From positions 13,392,001 to 13,456,000 of the forward strand of contig CP075495.1 of the NCBI GenBank assembly GCA_021613535.1: 64,000 bases of DNA, written 5' to 3'. The translations under genes were made by a program, and so were the position numbers. Shown piece by piece: positions 42,517-53,588 of the stretch. The notes below the pieces were generated by a model. The model was given only the letters and a program-made list of their open reading frames with translations. It was not told where the DNA came from and did not search any database. Position 1 is the stretch's first letter, and every line of letters begins with the position of its first letter. The stretch is from Adineta vaga. Lineage: Eukaryota; Animalia; Rotifera.

Positions 42517-45432
42517 CTAATTGGTTTTAGTTTTCTTAGCTGGATTTGTTTTACTGGCTGATGATGGAGCTTTACGAGCTCTCTTTGGTTGTTTTGCTGG
42601 TGGTTCGTCTAGAAAAACAAATCACTAATGAGAAAAAAAATGAATGCGAAAAGACTAACCATCATCACTATTGTTTTCAGCTTCAACATTATCATCAGCA
42701 TTTGTGCGATCATCGAATGGTTCATCTTCAGCACTACGTTTTTTGCTAGCAGTTGTACTGGTTTTTTTGTCTGATGATGGAGCAGATCGTTTTGTCGGTC
42801 CTTTTTTTGTTGTAGTATTATTTGATTTATCATCAGCTGAATCTTCACCTTCGGAAAGATCAAGGTCATTTTCGACTGAACCGGCATTTTCAGCATTTTC
42901 ATGTGGTTTCTTTGGTGAACCTGGAGGTTTACCGTTGTGACTAGTTGTGGTTCTCTTATCGGAAGATGCTGCTTCACTTTCATCTTTCATTTCTTCAAAA
43001 CAAAACAAACAAGTCTTGTTAGAAAAACGTAAAAAATCTGAATCTTTACCATGATCATAATCGATTTCTTGATCATTTTTCTTATTAGTTCGACCTTGTT
43101 TACGACTAGTTTTGCCTTTCGCCTTTTTACTTGGTGATTCATCTTCATTTTCAATATTACCATCATCACCACTAGCTATAAAAATAATTCAGTTACCAAT
43201 CATAAATCGAATATGTCTTTTATTTACCAGTATCATTTTCACCATCTTGATTGACAGTTTTCTTTTTTTGAGCTGGTTTACGACCTGGTCTACCTTTGGC
43301 TTTCTTTGTTGGTGATACACCATCACTTTCGGTATTATCATCGCCAGTGGCTTGAAAATAGATCAATACATTGTTTTATCAATTTCTTCATATAATAACT
43401 TACCAGTTTCTGTATCCCGATCAGTATCCTTTTTCGATGCAGTTTTACCCTTTTGAGCTGGTTTACGACCTGGTCTACCTTTGACTTTCTTGCTTGGTGA
43501 TGCACTTTCATTTCCAGTTTTGTCTTCATCACCAGTAGCTTTAAAAATAATAATCAACATACTAATTTTTAATTGAAATTATAACTTACCAGTTTCATTG
43601 TCGTTTTCTTGATTATTCTTTTTTCCTTTCGAAGCTGATTTGCCTTTTGTTGTTTTACTTGGTGATGCATTCTCATTTTCAGCACCATCATCATCAGTAA
43701 CTAAAAAGATTTGTTATAAGATAAATCAAAACGAATGATGAATCAAACCTTTTTGATCTGTATTTTTATGTGTTGTCGATTTATTTGTTTGACCTGCTTT
43801 ACCTTTAGCTTTTTTCATTGGTGATTGATCTTCATTTTCACCATTACCGTCATCACCACTAGCTATAAAAATAATTCAGTTACCAATCATAAATCGAATA
43901 TGTCTTTTATTTACCAGTATCATTTTCACCATCTTGATTGACAGTTTTCTTTTTTTGAGCTGGTTTACGACCTGGTCTACCTTTGGCTTTCTTTGTTGGT
44001 GATACACCATCACTTTCGGTATTATCATCGCCAGTAGCTTGAAAATAGATCAATACATTGTTTTATCAATTTCTTCATATAATAACTTACCAGTTTCTGT
44101 ATCTTGATCAGTATCCTTTTTCGATGCAGTTTTACTCTTTTGAGCTGGTTTACGACCTGGTCTACCTTTGGCTTTCTTACTTGGTGATGCACTTTCATTT
44201 CCAGTTTTGTCTTCATCACCAGTAGCTTTAAAAATAATAATCAACATACTAATTTTTAATTGAAATTATCACTTACCAGTTTCATTGTCATTTTCTTGAT
44301 TATTCTTTTTTCCTTTTGAAGCTGATTTACCTTTTGTTGTTTTACTTGGTGATGCATTCTCATTTTCAGCACCATCATCATCAGTAACTAAAAAGATTTG
44401 TTATAAGATAAATCAAAACGAATGATGAGTCAAACCTTTTTGATCTGTATTTTTATGTGTTGTCGATTTATTTGTTTGACCTGCTTTACCTTTAGCTTTT
44501 TTCATTGGTGATTGATCTTCATTTTCACCATTACCGTCATCACCACTAGCTATAAAAATAATTCAGTTACCAATCATAAATCGAATATGTCTTTTATTTA
44601 CCAGTATCATTTTCACCATCTTGATTGTCAGCTTTCTTTTTTTGAGCCGGTTTACGTCCTCGTTTACCTTTGGCTTTCTTTGATGGTGATACATCTTCAT
44701 CTTCTGTATTATCATCACCTGTATTTTGTTGATGTTGATCATCATCATCGCCGTCAGTTTTCTTATTTTTATGTGCAGCACCTGTACGTTTACCAGTTGA
44801 TTTATTTGAAGTCGATTTCTTTTCATCTTCTTCAGTATGATCTATATGAAAAAAGCAATAGTATTGAATTAAACTAAATATTGAGATAATACTTTCGTCT
44901 TCTTGTTTGGAAGCTGTTTTATCATGTTGCCGTTTGCCACCACGAGCATTTGTTGATTTAGATGGTGTTTTCTTTGACAAATGTTCATCATCAATTTGTT
45001 CTTCAGCTGTTTCAACTTTTTTATCTGGTTGTTCAAGAAACTAAAACAAACAATTGAATTAATAGATATGCAAATGATTAGACACTTACTTCAGCTGCTT
45101 CTTCTTGAAGTAATTCAGTTTCAGTTTTTCTATGAGAATGAGCATGTTGGTTATGCTAGATAGATGAATTTTAGAGAAAAAAATATCAAAGAAAAGAAAT
45201 TTTACATCAGCATCTTTTGATTTTGGACTTGTTTGTTCATTATTTTCCATTAATTCTTGATCATTATTATTATTATTATTATTATCATCTTCATCTCGCT
45301 AAATAAAATCACTTGTTATCAAACAGATTTACATTTATTTTAAAATTAACTAACTAAATGCATATGTTTTGTTTCGGCTTCACCTGTATTACCGCTTGAT
45401 GTTTTGGTATTCGTTCCTTTTTTTGGTGGCAT
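42517..45432 (-). CDS. Intrinsically disordered Lys/Asp/Glu-rich repeat protein with SPxK and GRP/GRKP (AT-hook-like) motifs
   Basis: Starts MPPKKGT. A chain of short GT-AG-bounded exons each encodes an acidic block followed by 'SP[STM]KKAKG(RPGRKP)AQK'. Ends 'PAKKTKTN*'. Confidence 0.8.
43135..44720. repeat. Intragenic tandem duplication, 687-bp unit, about 2.3 copies (4 exons + 4 introns per unit)
   Basis: 'catcaccactagctataaaaataattcagttaccaatcataaatcg' recurs at ~43165, ~43852 and ~44539. Twin ORFs 43338/44025 and 43363/44050 are offset by exactly 687. Confidence 0.95.
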
Positions 45433-45918
45433 GACTAGAACAGTGAAGATCACAAGTTAAATGATAAGTTTCCTAACAAAATATATGCACTTTACTTTTG
45501 TTGATTGATTGTTTCACTTAAGTGTTATATTAGAAAATGATAGACGAAAAAGAAGAATCTCGATCTAGAATGAAAAAGAAACAATAGGCATATATTTAAG
45601 TCATGACATAAAGGACATTCAGTTAAAATCTACTATTGCACTCGAAAGTAAAGAATTTTATAACAAAGAATAAAAATTAAGAACTGAAGTTCGTAAAAGT
45701 ATTACAATCTACTCAATTTATTCTTTAAATTGCCGCAAATATACTATGTTTTTTATCGTTGTGTTCATTTAACACACTTGTGCACTATTCAACATTTACG
45801 TACGACTAATAGAGAAAGAGAGGATCACTAAGACAACTGAAGAAGAAAGTTAATGCATGTTGAATAGTTCTATTCTATTGATCGTGTCGCATCGCATGTT
45901 CAGCAGCGTTCAAATTGT

Positions 45919-48900
45919 ATGGCTGAAGTAAAGACTTTTCCAATGTTAATAGATATTGCAACTGAATCAAAGTAAGATATAGATAGGAATAATAAATAAA
46001 ATAAAGTAATGATTTTTCTTTTCTTTTTATTCAAGAGTTCAACATGATTTATCAAAAGATGTTTCGAATAATACTACAGATGATATTCGATCACAAAATC
46101 GTGAACAACTAATTGAAAAACTTCAACGAGTAATTCAAGAAAAAAATGCTTCAATACAAAAACTTGAAGATCGGTAAATAATCATTATTCATCTTTGAAT
46201 TTTATACATTATAATTAAATCGAATATTTAGTGAACAATCTTTAACAGATACACTTAAGAAACGCAATATAGAATTTCAAGTTCTTGAAGATAGATTAAA
46301 ACAATTCGGAGAAAAGGTGAAATAATTAGTTTTCTTGAACTTTTCATATCAATGAATTTTTTAGACATGTACATTTGAACAATTACATCAATTACAAGTA
46401 CAAGCATTTGAAAAGACAGTACGCGATTTTCAGAAGGAAAATGACCGTAAAAATAATTGATACGTTTATTTATTTCGAAATTCATATTTATGCATTTCTT
46501 AGGTTTATGTGAACAGATTCGTAATTTAACAAAAGAATTGACTGAAAAAACAACTTTCGATGTAATCAATCAAGAAAAACTTCAGGTTAATTATATTTCT
46601 TGTTTTTTAACATGTAAAATGTACGCTTCATTTTCTTAGACATTCGATCGAATTATTGGTGATATTCAACTTTGGCGACAAAAACTTGATTCATACAAAT
46701 CTACCATTGAAAAACGTGAAGAAACAATTGCTAATCTCAAGTAAATTCTTTTCTAAAATCATTTATAAAAGTTTACCATTTCTCTTCATGTAGAAATGAA
46801 ATCAATGATCTGAATAAGAAAAAACAAACAAGTAAATGACATGATATTCAAAAAAAGAAACAAAAGAATTTATTTCATTTCATTTTAGATGGAATTTCCG
46901 AAGAGAATTCATTACGATTACAAATTGTAAATCTTGAAAATGTAAGTACAACGATAGTATATCATACTTTCACATACTCTCGAATGAATTCAACTTTTTA
47001 GATTGTACAAGATCGAGATAATGAAATTGAACATTTAAAAACTACATTTCGTCGTGTTCGTGATACTTTACAACCAGTAAGTTACTTTTGCTCATCAAAT
47101 TTCAATACAAAAGTCTCTTATATTTCAAGAATCATCATCTTTCACACGAAAGTCGTTGGCAAAGTTGTAATGAAAATATTGGACGAAATCATTCACCTTC
47201 CACATCATCTCATCGAAAACGTTCAACATCTCCATCTGATCATAATCTATCATCTTCATTCAATACAGATTTATTACAAAAGAAATTTCAAATTTTAACT
47301 AATCGTTTTAATAATCTTCAACAATTACTTGCTAAACGTGATGATCATATAATTACATTGAAAAAAGTTCATGATAAACGTTGGTTACGTTTAAAACATT
47401 TACAAAAACAATATCGATCATTAAAAGATGAATTGCAATCTTATACAGATGATGAAATTGCACAAAATAATACAAAACAAGATTATTCTTATCGAAAAGC
47501 AATTCATAAAACTAAAAATAGTTGTTCTGTATGTAATGATCAACGATGGAGAAAAACAAATGGTATACCGAAGAAGACATTGAAACAAGAAGATGATGAT
47601 CATGTTTGGAATGAAATTACGAAATATAAACGAGAATATGCAAGATTAACTAATGAAAAGTAAGATTTCGTTTCTAACAATCAATATTTGACCTTTTGAT
47701 TTAGTTTAAGTTTACATGAAAAAATTGATTTACAAGACGTTGAAATTAATGAACAAATTATTGTTATTGATGAACTTCGTAATGAAATTCAAAGATTAAT
47801 TGAAAAAGATGATCAAGCGTCATCACCACCACCACCACCACCACCACCACCACCTGTTGATAAATCATCAAATATAAAACAAAAAGAACTTTATGAAAAA
47901 GTCTATCAACTTGAAAATGAACGAACTTGTTTAATATTCGAACATGAACGTATTAAAACAGATTATAATCTATGTCTTGATGACAAACAACAGTTAATTC
48001 AAGAAAAAAATCAATCTAATATTGAATTAAAAAAAGCTAAACTTCGAATTCTTTCATTGCAAGATCAAATTTTCAAACTAAAACGAAATCTTAATGATAA
48101 AAAGGAGATTAGTTCTTCGTCAATATCAACAATCAATCGACGAATTATTAAAAAGAAACCAAAAAAACCCATAATGAATAAATCATGTTTAGAATTATTA
48201 TTAGATCAAAATTCAACACTTATAGATGAACAATTAAATCAATCAGTAATATCTGATCGACGACGACAGCGATCTTGTAGTCTCTGTATTCATCAAAACG
48301 ATAATTTATTATCAAAACATAATAAACAATCATCATTACCAAGAAAAAGATGTTCGTATTTCATATGAATTTTGTTTTTCAATCTCGAAAATATTTGTAT
48401 TCAGATGGACGAAATTTTCTAACAAAATTGAGTCGAAAATCTTCTACGCCGATATCGGTCGATCAATCTTCTTCAATTCGCGTAAAGATAGATAAACGAA
48501 AAGTATTTAAACTATGAATTTTATTATAGACTGCTTCATTACGTAAACAAATTGAACAATTACAAACTGATTTATGTAATTCTCGTGAAGAAAATGATCA
48601 TCTTAATCAACGTCTAACAATGACATTAAGTCGTATTAATATTCTGAAAACAACCAATGAAGTTTGTTATTTCATTTTCTCATTTAAATCAAATCTATTT
48701 CTCATATTCTATTTAGAAACTTACTGTTGAATGTAATAAATTAAAAACAAATCAATCGATATCTCTTAATCATGAAACAGCTAGTATTGATAGTACGGAA
48801 AATTTACATGAACGTCTTCGAAATATTTCATACGATGCGAATCAACAACGAAAATTGAATAAAACATTACAAATAGAAAATGAATTATTAACAAAAAATG

Positions 48901-50141
48901 TACAATCGATTACTGAAAAGTAAACTTCACATATATGAAAAGGAAAAATTTGACGTTAATCTTTGTATTTTAGATTGACTCATAATGAACGTGATATAGC
49001 AAGTAAACGATTATTAATTGAAACTTATAAAACACGATTAAATGAATTAGAAACAAATTTAACTCGTGCAAATGAAAGAAATACAAATAATGTATGTCGT
49101 TACTATCATCTTCTATTGATTGATTTGATTTGTTGTTTGAATATTTATAGAATGATGAAGAACGTATCAAAAGTTTAAATGATACAATAGAAAAACTACG
49201 AGCATCAGTAGGATATTTTTCAATATTCTACGTTTCAATTATTCTTCTTTGGTTTTTCATTAGATTGATTCATATAAAAATCGTCTACAAGCCGTAACAC
49301 GTGAAAAACATGAACTGGATTTACGTTATACTCAACTAATTGATGAACATCAGAAACTTGTAAGTAGATTTTTGAGAAGAAGAAATCGTTTTTGTTCTTA
49401 TTAAACTATTTTATTGAAATAGAAAACTCGTTTTGATGATCTTCAAACAAAATATCGTTTAAATGAACAACAATTACGACAAACTCGTCTATATAATGAA
49501 CAAATCAATGAAGAATTAATAACATCACGACGTTTATCCGAACAACAATTATTTACATTAAATACTAAAAGTCAAGAATCATTGAAAAAAATCACATTAG
49601 AATTAGATCGAACATTACAACGATTAAATCAATATGAAACATTTATTCATGTACATAAACATAATCTGTCTTTCTTTTCAATAAGAAATCTATTTATTTA
49701 GAATCTTCTTAATGAACTAATTCAACGAAATGTACAAATGAATGAAAATCTGAAAAAAACACGTGAATTTCAAAAGCAACGTGAATCATTATCAATGACA
49801 TTACCTGGCTTTGATTCAGCAATGAATACTGCAAGTAAAATTCTTAATTTAACTCAAGATGATTTAGATGAAATCATGTCGATAACGGATGAAAGTTTTC
49901 AAGTAAGATTAGTTTTTCTTTTTCATTTGATAATTATTGAAAAATAATTTTCTTATTTTTTTTTCCAAAGGGAATTTTTAAAGAAGAAAATTTAGATAAA
50001 AATGAAAAAATTCGACAAAAACTTTCCAAATTATTTCTATCAAACGAAGATATTTCAATGAAATTATTGAAAATTTTTAGTAAAAAGTTTGATGAATTAC
50101 AAACAACTAATCATGAATTAGCAATCGTACGAAATTTCTAA
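45919..50141 (+). CDS. CNTLN: Centlein-like centrosomal coiled-coil protein, multi-exon
   Basis: Long coiled coil with centlein-like motifs 'LKKVHDKRWLRLKHLQKQYRSLKDELQSY', 'LKQEDDDHVWNEITKYKRE' and 'ASKILNLTQDDLDEIM'. Start codon is tentative. Confidence 0.75.
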
Positions 50142-50530
50142 ATACGTTCTTTTTCTTCATGTGCAAACTATAGATCTTATTATCTCAGTGTGTATTATGA
50201 AATATTTTAGTGCTTTAATAATCTTTATTCGCTTCTATACATTTTGTGTGTTTATTAAAAATAGTTTGTAGAACATTTTAATATTCAATTGTTTCTTTAA
50301 CAAAGAATAAATTGTTTTCAATAACAAAATCGTGTTTATTATTTTCCTATTAATAATTATTCATCATGTCTCATTTCAAATCATAGAAAAATTCTTATTT
50401 TAATAGACAAAAATAATATATTTTTATAAATACAATATTAACCGAAACAAATAACAAAATAAATAAATGATTTCATGAATATTAAAGCGAAGTTTTATTG
50501 TTAGTAGAATGTCACTATTGTTATCATTGA

Positions 50531-51573
50531 TTATGCTTTACTTTGAATACTCTAAAAGATAGAAATGAATAAGATAGAAGAAAAATTGTTTTAGTTAGTT
50601 AACAAATGCTTACAGTATTGCGATTTTTACGTCGAGCTTCTTCTTGTTCACTGTCTTGTAAAGCTTTTGCTAATAAATAATCATTATCTTCTTGTGATCT
50701 ATTGTATTAAATGAAAATTAATTAGAAAAGAGAATCTTTTTAATTTAAAACTTACGTTTCATTTAAGGATAATTTCATTGCTAATGCCAATGCTTCATCT
50801 TCATTCTACATAATAAATAGTAACAATTACTTACAAATCTATTTAATCACATCTCATAATCTTACCATTGTTGTAGAATTACTAGGTTTGTTTTCATTAT
50901 TTACATTCATTTTTTTTATACGTTCGATTGCTGCAGCACTACAATAAGAAAAACAAATAAGTCGTATAATTCTAAATCATTATTCAATAATGATGAATTT
51001 ACCCAGCGAGATTCATTGTTCGACCAGTACTTTCGAATCCTTGACATTTATGATCTTCAGCAAATCGATGTTTTAAACAATATGTTTTCATACATTTGTC
51101 ACATTTGACTTGAATTGCTTCTCGTTGTTTACATGATGTCAATGAACATTTATTTGAATACACTTTTCCACGTTTTTTCATAGCTGGATCTGATTTACAA
51201 TCACGATCAATATGTGCTGATATGATAACATCCGGTGATTCATCACGATTTATTGATGAAACAGCTTGATTACACAGAGGACAAACAGGAATTTGAATAT
51301 TTTTACGACGTGGTGATGGACATTGATGTTCATCATATTTTATATGATCTTTACTGAAACATGGAAAAAAGACGACAGTTAGACAAAAGAAAATTTGAAA
51401 TTCAATTTTTACCATAGTATAGCAGGACAAGAATCACATTTCATTGGAAGAAAATCTAATGGGTAAAATAAAAATTCTTATTAATCAAGTTTAAAGTATA
51501 AGAAAACAAACGACATACCTAATCGATTGCATGATTTAACTGAACAATGTTTTCCAACGTGTGGGAGTTCCAT
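50531..51573 (-). CDS. ZFAND2: AN1-type zinc finger protein 2 (AIRAP/AIRAPL/AIP-1-like) with C-terminal UIM-like helices
   Basis: 'MELPHVGKHCSVKSCNRL|DFLPMKCDSC', 'PVCPLCNQAV...SAHIDRDC', second AN1 finger 'CDKCMKTYCLKHRFAEDHKC', UIM-like 'EDEALALAMKLSL' and 'DYLLAKALQDSE'. Confidence 0.92.
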
Positions 51574-51651
51574 AATGAATAATATCGACAAGAATCACAA
51601 AAAAATGGAAATAATCGAAATAAGAACGAGAATATAAATGAATCTGTATTG

Positions 51652-51668
51652 AAAAAATGCACCGTCAT
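51652..51668 (-). promoter_or_regulatory. Candidate antioxidant response element (CNC/sMaf; Nrf/SKN-1 type)
   Basis: Minus strand ATGACGGTGCATTTTTT matches RTGACnnnGC plus an A/T-rich flank, about 80 bp upstream of the ZFAND2 ATG. Confidence 0.4.
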
Positions 51669-52009
51669 GGTCTGATGTCATATCATGTGTTCCATATGAT
51701 TCATCGTTCGTCTATATGAAGAACTGTCTCGAATGATTCAGATGTAACTCGTGGCGCTACCAATCATTCATAAACAGATAGCATTGGGTTTTTTAATGAA
51801 ATCTTAATTTTATTTGACTTCATTAAATTATTGTCATTTCTACCGATATTTTTTTTCTTCGAATTTTTCTCAAATAAAAATGAAACCTTCATCAAACTAC
51901 CTCAAATTCAATATGGTCGTCAATAACTGAGTACGCGGCGTAAGAGACGAGCGAAACACAGTTATTTCTTCGTTGTTTAAACGTAACAATTTGACTATTT
52001 TATTAACCG

Positions 52010-52570
52010 ATGTTACTTTCAAAGTATTCATCATCAAGACAATTCTATACAAAATTAATCGAACGAAAATTTTTAATTCGTTCAGCTTCATCATCAACAG
52101 ATGTTCATCATACAACTTCAAAAGATCAAAAACAATATCAAACGCCATTATCTTTAGATCCTGATTTTCGTGCACCACCTGATAATGAATTACCACGTGC
52201 AAAAACACAGGAAATGAAAGGAATTACATTTAATATTCGTGATTTCTATCAAAATTATTTTCCTAATGATCCTGTTGAAGCACGTTTACCAACACCATGG
52301 CATATGGATATTTATTATCGAAAACAATACTATTTAATTGGTGCCTTACTTGGAGTTCTATTTGGTTTATTTGTTTCCGTTCGACGTATACGTGTAGATC
52401 GTGCACGAAAACGAGATTGGGAAAGACATCACGGTGATCCAATAAGTTATTACGATACTGTTGGTCCAATTAATCCAAATGTAACACGAAAAGTTTGGGA
52501 TGATCATCCAAATTTGCCAAAACCACAAGGTTGGGTATCGAAATATCATCCAGAACAAGAACTACATTGA
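52010..52570 (+). CDS. Small single-pass membrane protein with probable mitochondrial presequence, family not recognised
   Basis: Intronless 186-aa ORF with an Arg/Ser/Leu-rich, acid-poor N-terminus ('...FLIRSASSS') and one TM helix 'YYLIGALLGVLFGLFVSV'. Confidence 0.65.
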   Translation: MLLSKYSSSRQFYTKLIERKFLIRSASSSTDVHHTTSKDQKQYQTPLSLDPDFRAPPDNELPRAKTQEMKGITFNIRDFYQNYFPNDPVEARLPTPWHMDIYYRKQYYLIGALLGVLFGLFVSVRRIRVDRARKRDWERHHGDPISYYDTVGPINPNVTRKVWDDHPNLPKPQGWVSKYHPEQELH

Positions 52571-53588
52571 AACTCCTTTAACGTTATTATGATTATTTTT
52601 TGTGTATATTCGATATTATGTCCTGGTTTTTTTTTAGTCAATTAGACACTTTCACCTCCTAGCTATTTGTCTTCTGTTCGACAACGATTGCAAATATGAA
52701 GAAGTGTCAAATAATAAGATCATAATACCTGTCAAAGAAAAAAAATCGAATCATAACACCCTCGAATTGTATTCATGTTTGAGGATTGTTGAGAAAGCCT
52801 TTTGATCGAAGTTGTTTGAAACAAACAAGATAAAAACTTACCTACTATTGAAATTGATTTGAATCGATATAACTAAAGTCGCGATATTCTTGATTAGGTT
52901 TCTAACAAATTTTCTCTCAAACGTGTCTTTATTACACTGCTATTCATTTTTCAGAAATTTTATTAAAAAGATACCGTCTGAGTTCTTGCCACTGTACAAA
53001 AATATAGGCTAAGAGTGAACGTATTTAGTTTCTACATTCAAATATTTTCATAATTGAAACGAACAAGGTATCATTCAAATGAATAGTTTTGAGAATAATG
53101 ATGTTGTAGACATTACAATTATTATTCTATTCACTAATATCAATCATACTTCAATATATATCTATATAGTCAAATCTCAGTTGAACATTAGTTCTTCATA
53201 CAATAATGTATACTTAAATTCCAAATATTTTCAAACTTTTTCGTCAAGTTTTCAATGGTCTTCGTTTAGTAACGTAATGCTCTCTGTACACATAAAAAAC
53301 ACACACGCAAACAAATAGACAAACAAAGAGACAAACAAATGAGTTATTGAACTGCTTTCTGGTCTCTGCTGAATCATTATATATATATAGATTCAAAAAA
53401 CGAAGAAACAAAAAGAATCAACATTTATATGTATGTATATAAGAGAAAATAAACAGAAAGAAAGAAAAACAATAACAGGACGAAGACTACATTCTACAAC
53501 AGTCCGTCATACATAAATCTTTACTGTAATAAACAATTGTTGAATTTTTGTTTGAATAACAGAAAAAAGAGCACGCTTGTTTCTTTAA

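Noticed and set aside
43135-44720. Possible CRISPR array or LTR/transposon repeat
   Set aside because: The repeats are whole exon-intron blocks of a host gene; no short repeat-spacer pattern, transposase or RT.
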